This document shows, piece by piece, positions 25,393 to 39,446 of a stretch of 64,000 nucleotides of DNA. Both the position numbers and the translations under genes were made by a program. Under the pieces are notes generated by a model, which searched no databases, was not told where the DNA came from, and worked only from the letters and a program-made list of their open reading frames with translations. The DNA lies in NCBI GenBank assembly GCA_951406725.2, contig OX597836.1, positions 6,510,001 to 6,574,000 on the forward strand, written 5' to 3'. Source of the stretch: Octopus vulgaris. Its lineage: Eukaryota. Every line of letters begins with the position of its first letter. Positions within the stretch are counted from its first letter, which is position 1.

Positions 25393-25861
25393 CCAAAAAC
25401 CAAATGAACAAAACAAACATAACTGTTTATTAATTAATTCATTCATTTATTTACTTATTTAATTATTTATTGCTAGGTCTGGAAGGAGGAGTATTCTCCA
25501 TGTCCTTCGCCACTCCTCTCAAATCGGCGAGACCTGCTGTTTATAATCCGCTAATATTTTTGAAACGAAACCTGCCCCAGACGGCACCCTGGTTTTAAAA
25601 ATAATCTAAATTAAAATCGTCCGTCAAAATTTCACTTTGATTTATGTCCCAAACGCTAATTTAATTATGACAAAGTAATTTCACTAAATTATTCTTTAAG
25701 GCGCCGACGTGGCTGTCTGGTGAGAAACTTGCTTCACAACCACATGGTTCCGGGTTCAATCCCACTGCGTGACACCTTGGGCAAGTGTCTTCTACTATTG
25801 CCTCGGGCCGACTAAAGCTTTGTGTGTGGATTTGGTAGACGGAAACTGAAAGAAACCCTTC

Positions 25862-25903
<42 letters not shown>

Positions 25904-26263
25904 CCATGAGCCTGGTTAGGCTTTAAAAGGGCGCATTATATATATATATATATATATATATATACCCATTGCACGTATATTCTTTAGTTGGCAACATTTT
26001 TTGTGAGTACAGAATACCTTATTTTGTGAACATGTTTTGTTCTCACGAAAAATATGTGTATATGCACAAACAAACAAACAAACATACATACATACATGCA
26101 TAAATGCATTCATACATTCTATACACACATATATACAGCTACACAAAAGCAATTTCGAAAATAACGTAATACAAAAGCAGTAAAGAAAAACAAATCCAAA
26201 CGGACAAAAACTAAAAAAAACAACGACAAACCCCTCACCGTACCCCTCTACCACATTCAGACC

Positions 26264-26295
<32 letters not shown>

Positions 26296-26700
26296 GGGAC
26301 ACAAGTGTAATATGGCCGCTGTCTGTTATGCGTTAAAGATTGTTTCAAGTCAAATTTTCAAAAAACGGAGCTGAAAGAACTTTCTCAAAACATGTCAAAA
26401 CTATCTCCTCAGAATAATGAAACGTTGCACAGTGGTGGTGGTGGTGGTGGTGGTGGTGGTTGTGGTGGTGTTGGTGATAGTGGTGGGGGTGGTGATGATA
26501 GTGGTGGTGGTGGTGGTAGTGGTGTTGGTGGTTGTGGTGGTGGTGGTGGTGGTGACGGTGGTGATGGTGCCAGTGTTATCAGTGGAATATTGGTTGTTCT
26601 TTCTCTCTTTCGACTTTATTTTCAAACTTGCAAGAACAAAGACAGTTCTTTGTTGTGCGTTCGTTTGACTCTATTCGTTCATACATGCACACAATCATAC

Positions 26701-26770
<70 letters not shown>

Positions 26771-26841
26771 CATACACACACATATACACATATACACATA
26801 TACATATATATATATATATGTATACATAGAAATATATATAG

Positions 26842-26896
<55 letters not shown>

Positions 26897-26930
26897 CTCA
26901 CATATATACATATATAAAGATATGTACACA

Positions 26931-27001
<71 letters not shown>

Positions 27002-27525
27002 CCAGAACTGTCCCTCCGCTCTTAGCAGACGTTTGTCCCATTTAACAGAACATTACTCACAGAAAGTATCAACCCCACCGATTCCAATGTGTCTTTTATT
27101 GTTCCCCCACTCCCTAACCTACTAAACCTCCACCACCGCCGCCGCCATCACGCTGACGCAACAGCCTTCATTCTTCTAAAATACTTCTAGCCTCACCAAC
27201 CGACCAACCACCCAGCCTGCCATTTCTCGAGTCGACGAAGGAGTCTGTGACCCGCTAGAAATAACAACAACATGGACATCTGATCACACTATGCTCTTTT
27301 AGTCGTAATACAAACAGACGAAGGACATATTCGGTATATGTAGAGATAGAACTAAAATGTCTGAAAGCAAGCTATGGTGGGTGGGTCACCGTTGGAACGT
27401 CCTTGGCTATCTTCTTTTTATCATTTTATTGGATTGCTGCCATGCTGAAGTGTTTAGTCGAACAAATCGACTCAACCCGTTATTGTTCTTGTTTCTGCTG
27501 TTGTTGTTGTTGTTTTTGTTGTTGC

Positions 27526-27568
<43 letters not shown>

Positions 27569-27589
27569 ATCATTGTTGTTATTATTATC

Positions 27590-27970
27590 ATTAGTACATC
27601 CCGCAAAATGCTTTGCGGTATTTCGTCTGCCGCTACGTTTTGAGTTCAAAATTCCGCCGAGGTCGACTTAGCCTTTCATCCTTTCGGGGTCGATAAATTA
27701 AGTACTAGTTTCGCACTGGGGTCAATATAATCGATCTAATCCATCTGTCTGTCCTTGTTTGTCTCCTCTGTGTTTAGCCCCTTGTGGGTAGTAAAGAAAA
27801 AGGTATTTCGTCTGCCGCTACGTTCTGAGTTCAAATTCCGCCGAGGTCGACTTTGCCTTTCATCCTTTCAGGGTCGATACATTAAGTACCAGTGAAACAT
27901 TGGGGTCGATGTAATCGACTAATCCCTTCCCCCAAAATTTCAGGCCTTCTGCCTTTAGTGGAAAGGATTG
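27590..27970 (+). mobile_element. SINE family B dimer
   Basis: Units start GTATTTCG at 27618 and 27803, with junction AAAGAAAAAG|GTATTTCG. The second unit has the alternative CCCAAAATTTCAGGCCTT tail. Confidence 0.9.
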
Positions 27971-27974
27971 TTAC

Positions 27975-28385
27975 TATTTCTCTTTATCACGGGTTTTGTT
28001 GGTGCTCCTGGAGCCATTGCCTGCGTAGCGGGCTTGCTGCATGAAGCCTACGGTACTATGCTATCTCTTCTTTTCAGCTATTTAATACTTTCTTGATTAT
28101 TCTGGCCGTGTCTATGCAGCAGACCTTTTGTAACAGTTCTACTGGGTTTCTCTATTCCAATTTCCTTTATTCTTCTTTTGATGCCTCCTGATACCGTCCC
28201 CAAGGACCCAACAATAATAGGCACTATCTTCACCTTCTTCATTTTCCATAGCCGGGCTATTTCGTACTTAAGAGGGTTGTATCCATCTATCTTTTTCACC
28301 TTCCTTCTTGACTATTCGTGGGTCAAAGAGGCAAGAAACATCAGCTATATAACATAACATATGTGGTACACCTTGTCCACCACCT
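27975..28385 (-). mobile_element. R4/Dong-type non-LTR retrotransposon 3' end (restriction-like endonuclease domain)
   Basis: KKIDGYNPLKYEIARLWKMKKVKIVPIIVGSLG, then after a frameshift LQKVCCIDTARIIKKVLK*, typical of the RLE C-terminus. Abuts (TAA)n, the known Dong target. Confidence 0.88.
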
Positions 28386-28407
28386 ATTATTATTATTATT
28401 ATTATTA

Positions 28408-28526
<119 letters not shown>

Positions 28527-28723
28527 GTTATTATTATTATTATTACTATTATTATTAATATTAATTTATTTTGCCAATTCCGGTACTTATTCTATCGATC
28601 TCTTTGTCCGAACCGCAATGTTACAGGCACGCAAACACAAAAGCCAACCAACACCGGTTGTGAAGCGGTGGCGTGGGACAAATACAAACACAAAAGTACA
28701 CAGTCACACACACGTCTATGTAT

Positions 28724-28769
<46 letters not shown>

Positions 28770-29641
28770 GTACGACAAGTTTCAACACAGTTTCTATCAA
28801 CCGAATTCATTCATTACAGTGGCTGTGTGAGCTACGAAATCCTCCTCGCCACTGTTATATCGCACGTTCGGATGACCTCTAACTCAACTCCCCGACGTCT
28901 AAACTTCTCCCTCTATATCTACGTATTGGGCTAGCCTACTTTATCGTCTGGGAACGTCCACGCAACAAAGACATTTGCCCAACCGGGACTATAGCAGAAG
29001 AAACCAATTCAAGATGCCTCAAGATGCCGCACATCGGAACTGAACCCGAAACCCCGTGGCTGGCAAGCAAACTTCTTACCACACAGCTACGCCTGTCACA
29101 TGCTTTTCGCTTTTCTCCCCCACCCCCAAACACACACACACTAACACTTACACTCACTTTCTTCCATCCACCAACGACCTACTTACTGTCACCCGCACCA
29201 ACGCCTTCTCATATAACACTTAACACCAACCGTCGTTCTTTGAAAACCTGATCTTCCTATCCAAGCGTCATCCATATGAAATCTAGGCACCTCATACCTC
29301 ATACCTCATTCTCAATCTGCACCGACTCTACGAGCAAAGACCTCGAAAACACGATCTAATAGGGTCACGCCAATCTAAACTGTTTTCTAAAGTACAAAGA
29401 CAGAACGACAGCCAATGGGAAGAGAGCAATAAAACTCGTATCCCCCTTAAATATGAAAAGCATGACAGCACATGGCGCTTGAGGCCGCTGTAATGTTTCG
29501 TCCTCAACATTCCTGAGGCTATGTAAAGAAAGCCATCTCGAGCCCTATTAATGAACAGCATGAAGTCCCTTTCAGACACGCACCAATCTCTGGCCCACAG
29601 ACATTCTGCCCTCTCCCTCTCTCTCTTTTCTATCTATCTAC

Positions 29642-29778
<137 letters not shown>

Positions 29779-30189
29779 GTACATTGCGTGTATGGCTGAC
29801 AGGCTGGCTGGATGGTTGGCTGCATGGCTGGCTGGATGGCTGGCTGGCTGGCTGGATGGATGGATGGTTGGCTGGATGACTTGTTGGCTGTCTGGGTGAT
29901 GGCTGGATGGATGGTTGGTTGAAAGTGTGTATATATGAATGTGTCTATGAGTGTCATGAAAGCAAGATATATGAGATGTTACAAATGAATGATATTGATT
30001 TGATAGCAATACACTCCAGCCGGTGCCTCACTTCACCTGTTTTCGGATCAGCCAGCGTCGGGTGAAGGATTTCTGCTCAACTGCCCCACGCATGAATCAT
30101 AGAATTCATTGCAATCTGGTGTTGAATGACAACCGATTATATCGGCTCCAATAGGTGACAGGTAATTAATTATATCATCCGTGTACTTA

Positions 30190-30520
30190 CTTGCACTTTC
30201 GGTAGCATCCACTCGGGGTGGGTTGAACCGGTTCTTACCAGCGAGGTCACCTCGTCCCTCACGTATGCTGATCACATCCTACAGTCGACCGCAATCGAGG
30301 CTGTGATGGGTATCTACTTTCGGTTCCACTGCCGAAGACCTTAGAGGACTCGATTTGTGCTTCCACGTCAGATTTCATTGTCCCCAACCACGCCTTCAGT
30401 TGTCCTCCAGCCCGTTTGGGCCAGTCTTGTAGATGGGCAGCCGGGTTGACCGCTTGGCGAATGAACACCCTGCGAGGCTGGCAGAGAGTATGGCCGAGCC
30501 ATTTTAGTCGTTTTGTGAGT
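30190..30520 (-). mobile_element. RTE-clade LINE 3' end
   Basis: KRLKWLGHTL...WPKRAGGQLKAWLGTMKSDVE matches the post-RT RLxWxGH...GGQxKxW motif. Confidence 0.85.
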
Positions 30521-30521
30521 A

Positions 30522-30750
30522 GAGCATGTGGCTTTGTGTTTAGCGTGTTAGACTCATGATCGTAAGATTGTGGTTTCGATTCCTGGACCGGGCGGTGCAT
30601 TGTGCTTTTAAGCTAAACACTTCCTTTCACATTGCTCCAGTCCACTGAGGTGGCAAAAATGAGTAACCCTGCGACGGACCAGCGTGGGGAACATATAAGC
30701 CATGCAAACCGGGGAAACTGACTCTTATGAGTCAGTGTGACTCGAGAATG
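30522..30750 (+). mobile_element. tRNA-derived SINE family C
   Basis: B-box GTTTCGATTCC and a body shared with 474-650. Confidence 0.75.
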
Positions 30751-30944
30751 GTTGAAATGAAATCCAATCAGACCCAAGCATTGATGATGAGAACTCTACA
30801 CGAGTACAACATGGAAGATCCCAAACTGTAAATGCATGTGACCAGCAACTACATGTGAACTTGTATTCCTACTGAAATTCCGAACATGAAGTCTTGCTCA
30901 ATAACCAATGGTGACATTCATAGGTAACCTTGGCAGGGTTGAAT

Positions 30945-31105
30945 TTAAAACGGAAGACAGGTGGTATAGACAACAAACAGATGTGTTTAAGCTCTGGAAG
31001 TGAAAACGTCTTTAATGTTTCGAGCCTAAGCTCTTCTTCCAGAGAAAGGAACACAGAAAGAAACAAGGAGAGAAAAATAAAGAATGTGTAGTGGCTAGCG
31101 ATCTA
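30945..31105 (-). mobile_element. About 200-bp repeat with hammerhead-like fold (copy 1)
   Basis: Homologous to 39241-39448; contains GAAGAGC(TTAG)GCTCGAAACATTAAAGAC. Confidence 0.75.
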
Positions 31106-31248
31106 TATATTATATTATATTATATTATATTATATTATATTATATTATATATATGTATATATATATATATGTATGTATGTATGTATGCATGGTGATTGTC
31201 TACTCCTTGTTTGATGACCTCCTGTACCTACACCCTAGAAATATCGTA

Positions 31249-31527
31249 TCATCTGGTATGGCTTTTTAAACCGAACAATGTTTTGAAAAGGCACCTACGT
31301 ATTTTGCACATCCGATTTGGGCCACCAAGAGCTGCAGATAAATTCTGATCTTTGTGAATCTCAAAATGTTCTTTTAAGATCTCCGTTAGATTTGCAGACC
31401 TTCTGGCATACACAGCATTGAATGGTGTGCACAGACAAATAGGTAGAATAGTTGGTGGAGGTTCGTTTTCCATGGGTTCGCAGATGAAATTTGAGCCCAG
31501 CAAATGACAGGTATGATCTGTCACATG
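31249..31527 (-). pseudogene. Three decayed C2H2 zinc fingers, probably the C-terminus of an RTE-type LINE ORF
   Basis: CDRSYLSFAGLKFHLRTH, CCVCQKVCKSNGDLKR/HFEIH (frameshift) and CKIRRCLFKTLFGLKSHTR*. Linkers are long and not TGEKP-type. Confidence 0.7.
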
Positions 31528-31591
31528 TACGTATATATGTATGTACATACATGTACATGTATTTATATGTATGTATGTATGTATGAATGTA

Positions 31592-31659
<68 letters not shown>

Positions 31660-32212
31660 GCATATATCTATATATGCATACATACATACATACATGCATA
31701 AATACATACATGCATACATACATACATACATGCATACATACATACATACATACATACATACATACGATATATGTGTCCATTTCAACATTGATACTAAAGC
31801 ACCTCTACGGGCCAAGGCGTAAATCCCATGATGGAGAACATTTGCGCGGTACTGCGTTCAATCCCACTTCGTGGTACTTCGTTCAAGTTTCTTTTTCGAC
31901 ATTCTCAGTTCCACCCAACTCTTGAAACAGAGACTGAATCGGATGAGGAAACTGTGAGGAAGAAAAGACAAAATGAAGCCTTTTGTTTGATGTGTATCAT
32001 ACATGCCTACATACATACATGCATACATCATACATTACATACATACATACAGTCATACTTTAGAAAGGAACTGCTTTCAAAAAATCCCGTATTTTAACCG
32101 CAAAACACACTTTTGATAAAATGGCTGCCTTGTTCTTGACAGCATTTTTTAAAAAATGGGACTCAATGCTTATTTAACAATCCTGTTGCTGTTGTTGCTG
32201 TTTATGGTGAGA

Positions 32213-32260
<48 letters not shown>

Positions 32261-33338
32261 TTCTTTTTCCTTTTCTTGATCCTCTACTTCTTTTTCGTCG
32301 CCTTTTTCTTTATTCATCATATTATCTTTTTCCACCACCTTCTCATTCTTCCTTTTTTTCTATTTCCTCCTCCCCCTCCTCCTCCTCCTCATCATCATCA
32401 TCTTCTTCTTCTTCTTCTTCTTCTTCTTCTTCTTCTTCTTCTTCTTCTTCTTCTTCTTCTTCTCCTTTACTCTGAAATCAATTCTGATCGAACACAATAT
32501 AAACGAAGCGCATTTAAACCTTCCCCCATCGACATTTTTGTTTTTCCTTTTTTCCTTTTTTCAATATCGATAATAACCAATCGAGAGTTTGTTTCCATTA
32601 AAAAAACGCTAACGTTTGATTCAATTCAAAGAAGATTTAGCTACTCTGTCTAGCCAGTCGAACTACAACGGACCGCTATATTAGCCAACATTATTGCATG
32701 CGTTCCACTAACAAACCGGAAATGGGTGTGAAGGACAAAGTCCACGAAACAAAAACAAGAAACAAAGAAGGCTTGGCTTAACTAGGAACCAGATTATTAA
32801 ACTGAATGGGTTCCACTGTTGTGCAACCGTCTTTGATAATGTCAATGCTTTAATGGTCAGACAATGGGATTCAAGCGAAATATATAAATAATAAACACTT
32901 GACCTTCATAACAAGGTTTTCACAATTTCAAATTTCCTTCCGATTCTCTATCTTTTTCCTCGCAAAGCTTTTGGAGAGTCACGTGATTATTTTTGCAGCT
33001 GTTGCTGCTGCAATTGCTGCTGTTGCTGTTGCTGCTGCTGCTGCTGCTACTGAAAATGCTGGCGTTGCAATTGTTATTGTTGTTATTGTTATGGTTATTG
33101 TTGTTGTCGTTGCTCTTGTCAGGCGACAGATGAAGTGCCAATTGGTTTGTCAGTCTGCTTGAATGTCTGTCCGTTTGTATGTCTAGCTGACGGTCTGTCT
33201 GTCTGTCTGTCTGTCTGCCTGTTTCTGCCTGACTAGCTATCTATCAATCTATCTATCTATTTATCTATACATACATACATATATCTGTCTGTCTTATATC
33301 TGTCTTATGCCTGACTCTCTCTCTCCCCTGCTACCTAC

Positions 33339-33429
<91 letters not shown>

Positions 33430-33613
33430 GCGATATATACATTTGTGTGTGTATGTGTGTGTGTGCGTTTGTGCGTATGTGTGTATTTGTAAGTCTGTGT
33501 TTGTCCCCAACCATCGCTTGACAACCGATTTCGGTGCGTTTACGTCCCCGTAACTTAGTGGCTCGGCAAAAGCGACCGATAGAATAAGTACTAGGCTTAC
33601 AAAGAATAAGTCT

Positions 33614-34207
33614 TGTATGTATGTATGTATGTATGTATTTGTATGTAAGTATGTATGTAAGTATGTATGTATGCATGTACGTATGTATGTATGTATGTAT
33701 GTATGTATGTATGTATGTATGTATGTATGTATGTGTGTATGTATGTGTGTGTGTATGTATGTGTGTATGTATGTATGTATGTATGTATGTATGTATGTAT
33801 GTATGTATGTATGTATATGTATGTAAGTATGTATGTATGTATGTATGCATGTACGTATTTATGTATGTATGTATGTATGTATGTATGTATGTATGTATGT
33901 ATGTATGTATGTATGTATGTGTGTATGCATGTATGTATGTATGTATGTATATGTATGTAAGTATATAAGTATGTATGTATGTATGTATGTATGTATGTAT
34001 GTATGTATGTGTGTATGTATGTATGTATGTATGCATGTACGTATTTATGTATGTATGTATGTATGTATGTATGTATGTATGTATGTATGTATGTATGTAT
34101 GTATGCATGTATGTATGTATGTATGTATATGTATGTAAGTATGTATGTATGTATGTAAGTATGTATGTATGTATGTATGTATGTAAGTATGTATGTATGT
34201 ATGTATG
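33614..34207. repeat. (TATG)n with higher-order duplicated interruptions
   Basis: GCATGTACGTA(T) and ATATGTATGTAAG variants recur at roughly 180-190 bp spacing. Confidence 0.95.
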
Positions 34208-35469
34208 TGCACGCACAAGCCTGTGGAGATACGCATGTTAGTGCAGGCATCTGGCGTGGCAATTACTAAATTCTATTCTACAGAAAATATATGAAATCGG
34301 AATATATTTCAAGGGAGAGAACTTTGATATTATCTCCCTTACATCTAGCAAAATTTGAATCTAAACGTGTTGTTTCTATCTCCTGTTTTACAGACATGCT
34401 AGAAACAGCAGCTTCCTCCACCGCAAATTCTGCTCGGCCGCCTTAAATACGGGGAGAACCCATGAAATAATGTTACCTTAGATGCGTGTAGAATAGTAAC
34501 GTATGGAGATAATTTGGATAAATTTCTACTAGCTCAGGACTGTCTTGGAGACACTACCACTACCACCACTACTACTACTATTATTACCAATTCCGTTTAT
34601 GATGATGTTTACACACAGGTTAACTTCGATCGAATGCACCTCTAATTAAAGCGTTCTAAACATGACCATCTCACCAATTTTTCGCATTACGTCACCCCAT
34701 AGTAAATTTGGAAATAGTATGCTTAATACATATTTTTGATGAGCTAAGGAACGTTTGTTTTTCAAAGAAATTCTTGTTTGACAAAAATGACTGAATTATT
34801 TCGAGGGTTAAAAACCCAAAACTGCAAGGGAGGAAACCCCCAAAATATATCTTCATTGAAATTTATTATCTTCTCTTGATTTAAGGCTGCGCTGTTGGGG
34901 TTTTATGTAAGTAGCTGCTATTTTTAACATGTTTGGTGACTCGAAACAGGTCCACTTCCGTAGAACTCTGAGCGAGAACTAACTACATTCGACTTTCGTG
35001 TTTCTACAGTTTCATATACGGCAAGCGATCTTTAATTCATTAAGAATAAGTAACAACGAAACCGTACCAAGTGGCGGCATTCCATCGCCATCTGAACCAA
35101 AAAGCTCGAAGCTACCAGAAGAAAAATGGAAGAAATCAGACGACAGGAGAGAGGGGATCAACATAATCAACTTTTGTCCTCCACCAAGATTACCATGAAG
35201 CCAATACCATCGACTCTTCTAGGTAAGAATTGGTCGACAGAATCATCGACGGCATCGCCATAAATGGAAGCGTTCAGCAAAGAAGAAACTTAATATTCAG
35301 ATACGAGACAAAAACCGGCGACGATTAATAATTAATGCTCGGTGGATTAGCTAGAATTGGTAGCCTTAGGCCAAATATCGTCTGGTGTGTTTAGATTCTA
35401 AGAAACAGATGTTAAAACTCTTAAATCGAAAAGGGGTCAGTGGCTTTATTGATGTGTAATCCAGTTTTC

Positions 35470-35672
35470 TTCATTTGTAAGGAGTTTATGGTTCTGATGT
35501 GTCTTTCGTGGGGTTATCAGGATAATCCTTTCTGCGTGTAACATCGTTGATTGTCCTTGTCTCAATGTGGTGCAGCATGGGAAGATAATCTCTTGCGGAC
35601 AATTTTGGACAGCTATTGATGATAGGAGTGGTATAATAGTCCTCACCGATATGAAACAAACGACACTTTATA
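35470..35672 (-). mobile_element. R4/Dong-type non-LTR remnant (CCHC zinc knuckle region)
   Basis: Minus frame KCRLFHIGEDYYTTPIINSCPKLSARDYLPMLHH resembles CRLC..E...HIISSCPK...YL.RH. Confidence 0.7.
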
Positions 35673-35857
35673 AAACAGCGTGTGGGTTTAGGGTAGCGGT
35701 TTCCAACCGCGGATTAAAGGGTCACATGCGGCACTCAAGGACTCTTTTCTTCCCCATCCAAAGGTCACTGAGTGCGAAAATAGCAACATATTGAATCCTA
35801 ATCAAACAAGTCTGACCACACTGATACAAAAGCTAGGCCTCCTTTACCTCCCGCTAG

Positions 35858-35918
35858 TATTTAAGCAGAATGGTAAATATATAAGTTTCCTGTACCGTGT
35901 CACCATTCTGCTTAAATA
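35858..35918. repeat. Perfect 17-bp inverted repeat with 27-bp spacer
   Basis: TATTTAAGCAGAATGGT / ACCATTCTGCTTAAATA. Confidence 0.92.
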
Positions 35919-36030
35919 ATGGAACAGATACAATGTCCTTACGTATCTCACGTCCGTTTTCGTTCTTCCACTTCACTCTGTATTTTATATCTTCTCTATA
36001 ATAACTATTACTTAAACATTTTCTTGCACC

Positions 36031-36079
36031 GTCTCTGACAAAGGGATATATAATAATGTCCCGGAAACAGCTGTAAGAC
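36031..36079 (+). ncRNA. Minimal type I hammerhead ribozyme (Penelope-type), slightly decayed
   Basis: GTCT-CTGACAA-A-GGGATAT(loop)ATGTCCC-G-GAAA-C(AGCT)G-TA-AGAC. Stem I GTCT/AGAC, 7-bp stem II, palindromic ACAGCTGT stem III, GUA cleavage triplet. The G8-to-A change fits CpG decay. Confidence 0.7.
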
Positions 36080-36162
36080 CGTCTCTTTATAAATGTTCTG
36101 AAAACTGTTCACCACCTTGGATTTTTTTTATCTCATTTTGTTAATATATGTGTGTGTTTGTG

Positions 36163-36206
<44 letters not shown>

Positions 36207-36439
36207 AGTATATATGTATGTATGTATGCATGTCTGTATGTATGTATGTATAATTACATGTAATTATATACATACACACACACATACATATATATATAAA
36301 TATATATTGATAATCTTTTGCTTGTCTTAGTCATTGAACCACGGTCATGTTAGTGGGGTTACTTTGGAAGATTTTAGTGGAAGAATTCAAACCCCTGTCT
36401 GGTATTTATTATATCAGTCTGTTTTGCTGAAGCGCTATA

Positions 36440-37270
36440 TCACATTCTGAGGTAAACTTTACCTTTCATCCTTTTAGGGTGAACAAAATAAGTAGCTGTC
36501 ACGTACTGAGGGCGATGTAGTCGATGGGGTTCCTTGCCCCAAATTTCACGCCTTGTACCTATAGCAGAAATAATTATTATGATCCCTAAAATAGAAGACA
36601 CTGGCAATATCATTAATGCTTCGGTAACAAAAAAAAAAGCAGTTCGTGTCATTTCATTTGTCTCTTTAGGTTGTTGGTTCGAATCTCAGTGAGATCAATT
36701 TTGTTATTCACTTTTTCAGAATCGATAATAACAAAATACGAGTCAAGTACCGGTGTCAACAAAATTGACAGTAAGTCGGTTCCTTAAAAACTTTTGGCGT
36801 TGGGCCCAAATTAGAAATCGGTATTATAAGAGAAGGACAATGGCAGAATCCCTAAAATGGTAAACAAAAGTTTGTCTGGTGTTGTTTAGTTAAACTTCTT
36901 TAAGTTAAGATCTGAGTTCAAATCCCGCCGAGGCTGATTCTGCTTTTAAGTCTTTGCTAGTTCAGTTGAGTTACTGGAGTCGATGTAATCGACTTAACGC
37001 CTTCCCCAGAATTTCAAGCCTTGTGCCTAGATTAGAAACCATTATCATAAGTGGATGCTGATGGCAGAATCACTAGAATGGTAAATAAAGGCCTTCTGGC
37101 GTTGTTTAGTCGCACATCTTTACGTTCTGAGTTCAAATTCCAGCTAAGGCTAATTTTATTTTGCATCTTTTCAACATTACTAAGTTCTATATTCATTAAG
37201 GTTTTGTAGAATCTAGGAGATAAATACCAGTTAGATACTGGAGTTCATATAATCGTCTGCACTTTTCTGC
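36440..37270 (+). mobile_element. Run of 3-4 old, diverged SINE family B copies
   Basis: Repeated GAGTTCAAAT B-boxes, GATGTAATCGAC cores and CCTTGTGCCTA-like tails. Confidence 0.7.
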
Positions 37271-37654
37271 AACGAAAGTGCAGATTGCGGTAATGAAGAA
37301 ATGCATTAAAACAGAGCAATTATGGAAAATTATAGTGATGGAAGGGCGCGAATCTGGATCATTGAAGCAGTAATGGAATACGAACCCCCGACCTATCGAC
37401 CAGTAAGCCGATATTCTATCATCTCGTCCATCTGTCACTCTATTGTTCCCCTCTGTACAATCAAATTACAATTCTTCGTGAAACTGAAACGAAAATCCGA
37501 TAGTGAGACGGAAAGTTTTATACGAAGATATATAAAAGGCCTCTCGATTTTAATTAAATGAGTAAAGAAGTATTGTTGCTGTTTAGGCGATGGTGGTGAG
37601 GATGGTGGTGGTGGCCGTGGTCAGCGTGGAAAGCTCATCAGCATAGATTCAGCG

Positions 37655-38132
37655 GCAGAAGAAGAGGAGGGGAAAGAAGAAGGAGTAGTAGAAGAAGAAG
37701 AAGAAGAAGAAGAAGAAGAAGAAGAAGAAGAAGAAGAAGAAGAAGAAGAAGAAGAAGAAGAAGAAGAAGAAGAAGAAGAAGAAGAAGAAGGAGAAGAAGA
37801 AGAAGAAGAAGAAGAAGAAGAAGAGGAGGGGGGAGGGAGAGGAAGGAGATGAAGAAGGAGGAAGGAGAAGAAGGAGAAAAGGGAGGAGGAGGGGGAGGGG
37901 AAGGAGGTGAAGAAGAAGATGGAGAGGGAGGAGGAAAGGAGATGCAGGAGGAGGAGAGAGAGGAGAAGAAGAAGAAGAAGAAGAAGAAGAAGAAGAAGAA
38001 GAAGAGAAGGAGAAGGTGAAGAAGAAGAAGAAGAAGAAGAAGAAGAAGAAGAAGAAGAAGAAGAAGAAGAGTAGGAGGAAGCGGGGGGAGGAGGAGGAAG
38101 GAAGGAGATGAAGAAGAAGAAGAAGAAGAAAA
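37655..38132. repeat. (GAA)n/(GGA)n polypurine tract
   Basis: About 480 bp, almost all purine on the + strand. Confidence 0.97.
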
Positions 38133-39175
38133 GCTTAATTAAACATCACTGTGAACGAATAATAAATATGAAGCAAGGGAATTGATAACATTGTTGGATA
38201 GAACAAGTAAAGCTATCCAGAGAACAATGGAACGAGAGCGAGTAGCTTGGTAACTTCGTCTACTACGTGTCGTCTCATAATTCCCTCTCCATTCAATTCA
38301 ATTTTCAACGAGTCAGTCGACAATCCCAGAATTCAATGCGAGATAATTTTCAGCTATCTTTGTTTGTTTGTTTGTTTGTGTTGTTTTGTTTGCTTTTTAT
38401 TTCGATTTATTTCTTTTCTTTTCGTTTCTTCTCTGTTTCTCATTGATTCGTCAATAAAAACCTAAGGAATGTGTAAACATAAGAACCACTTCAAGCAGAA
38501 GAAAAGAAACTCGAACCCACATGTAGACACACACACACACAAACACAAACACACAGATATATGCTCTCACACACACACACATATATATACACTCATGCGC
38601 ACACATATATGCTCTCTCACACACATATATATGCTCTCTCACACACACACATATATGCTCTCACACACACACATATAGCCTCTCACACACACACACATAT
38701 GCTCTCAGGCGCACACAAACGCACTCTTCTCAAATATTTCCTGAAAATCTAGTTGAAGAACAATACGGACATTGGCGAAGAAGATTGCATGCTCACTATT
38801 GGTTAATACCATTAATTCTTCGCTACTCAGAGACGTAAGATAAGATGGAATTGGAGGAGATTTAGAAAAAGAAGCGAGGTTTCACCGAACGGGGGATGGC
38901 GAGCCGGTTTCGAGTTACCAGTTAAGTGAAAGACACTTAAAGTTTCGTTCATTGAGGCGCCTTCTGTAAGTATGGATGCGAATAAGCGTGGCTGTGCGGT
39001 TAGGAAGATGGCTTTGCAGCGGTGTGGTTTCGGGTTTCAGGTTCTATTCTACAACACCGCACGCACCTTGGGCAAGAGTCATCTTTTATAGCCCCAGAGC
39101 GACCGATGCTTTGTGAGTTCATTTTGGAAGACGGAAACTGTGCGGAAGCTTGTCATGTGTATGTATGTATGTATG

Positions 39176-39238
<63 letters not shown>

Positions 39239-39240
39239 AC

Positions 39241-39446
39241 GCCATGATAGATCGTTAGCTCCTTCACGCATTTTTTTCTCTCCTTGTTTCTCTCCTTGTT
39301 CTTTTCTGTGTATCTTTCTGTCGAAGAGCATAGGCTCGAAACGTAAAAGACTTTTTCTATTTCTATTCCTGAGCGCTATACTAATACATTTGTTTGTTTG
39401 TACTCCACCTGCCTTCGTCTTTTGTTTATTTTCGTAAACCTTCCCG

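Noticed and set aside
25475-25535. AGGTCT/AGACCT plus GAGGAGT/ACTCCTC nested stems as a hammerhead
   Set aside because: The stems pair but neither core strand is recognisable.
30770-30935. Possible RTE RT fragment (SIDDENSTRV)
   Set aside because: Too degenerate to support by eye.
35010-35222. Exon-like segment between TTTCTACAG and GTAAGA
   Set aside because: It contains stops in the open frame and has no homology; a non-coding exon cannot be excluded or supported.
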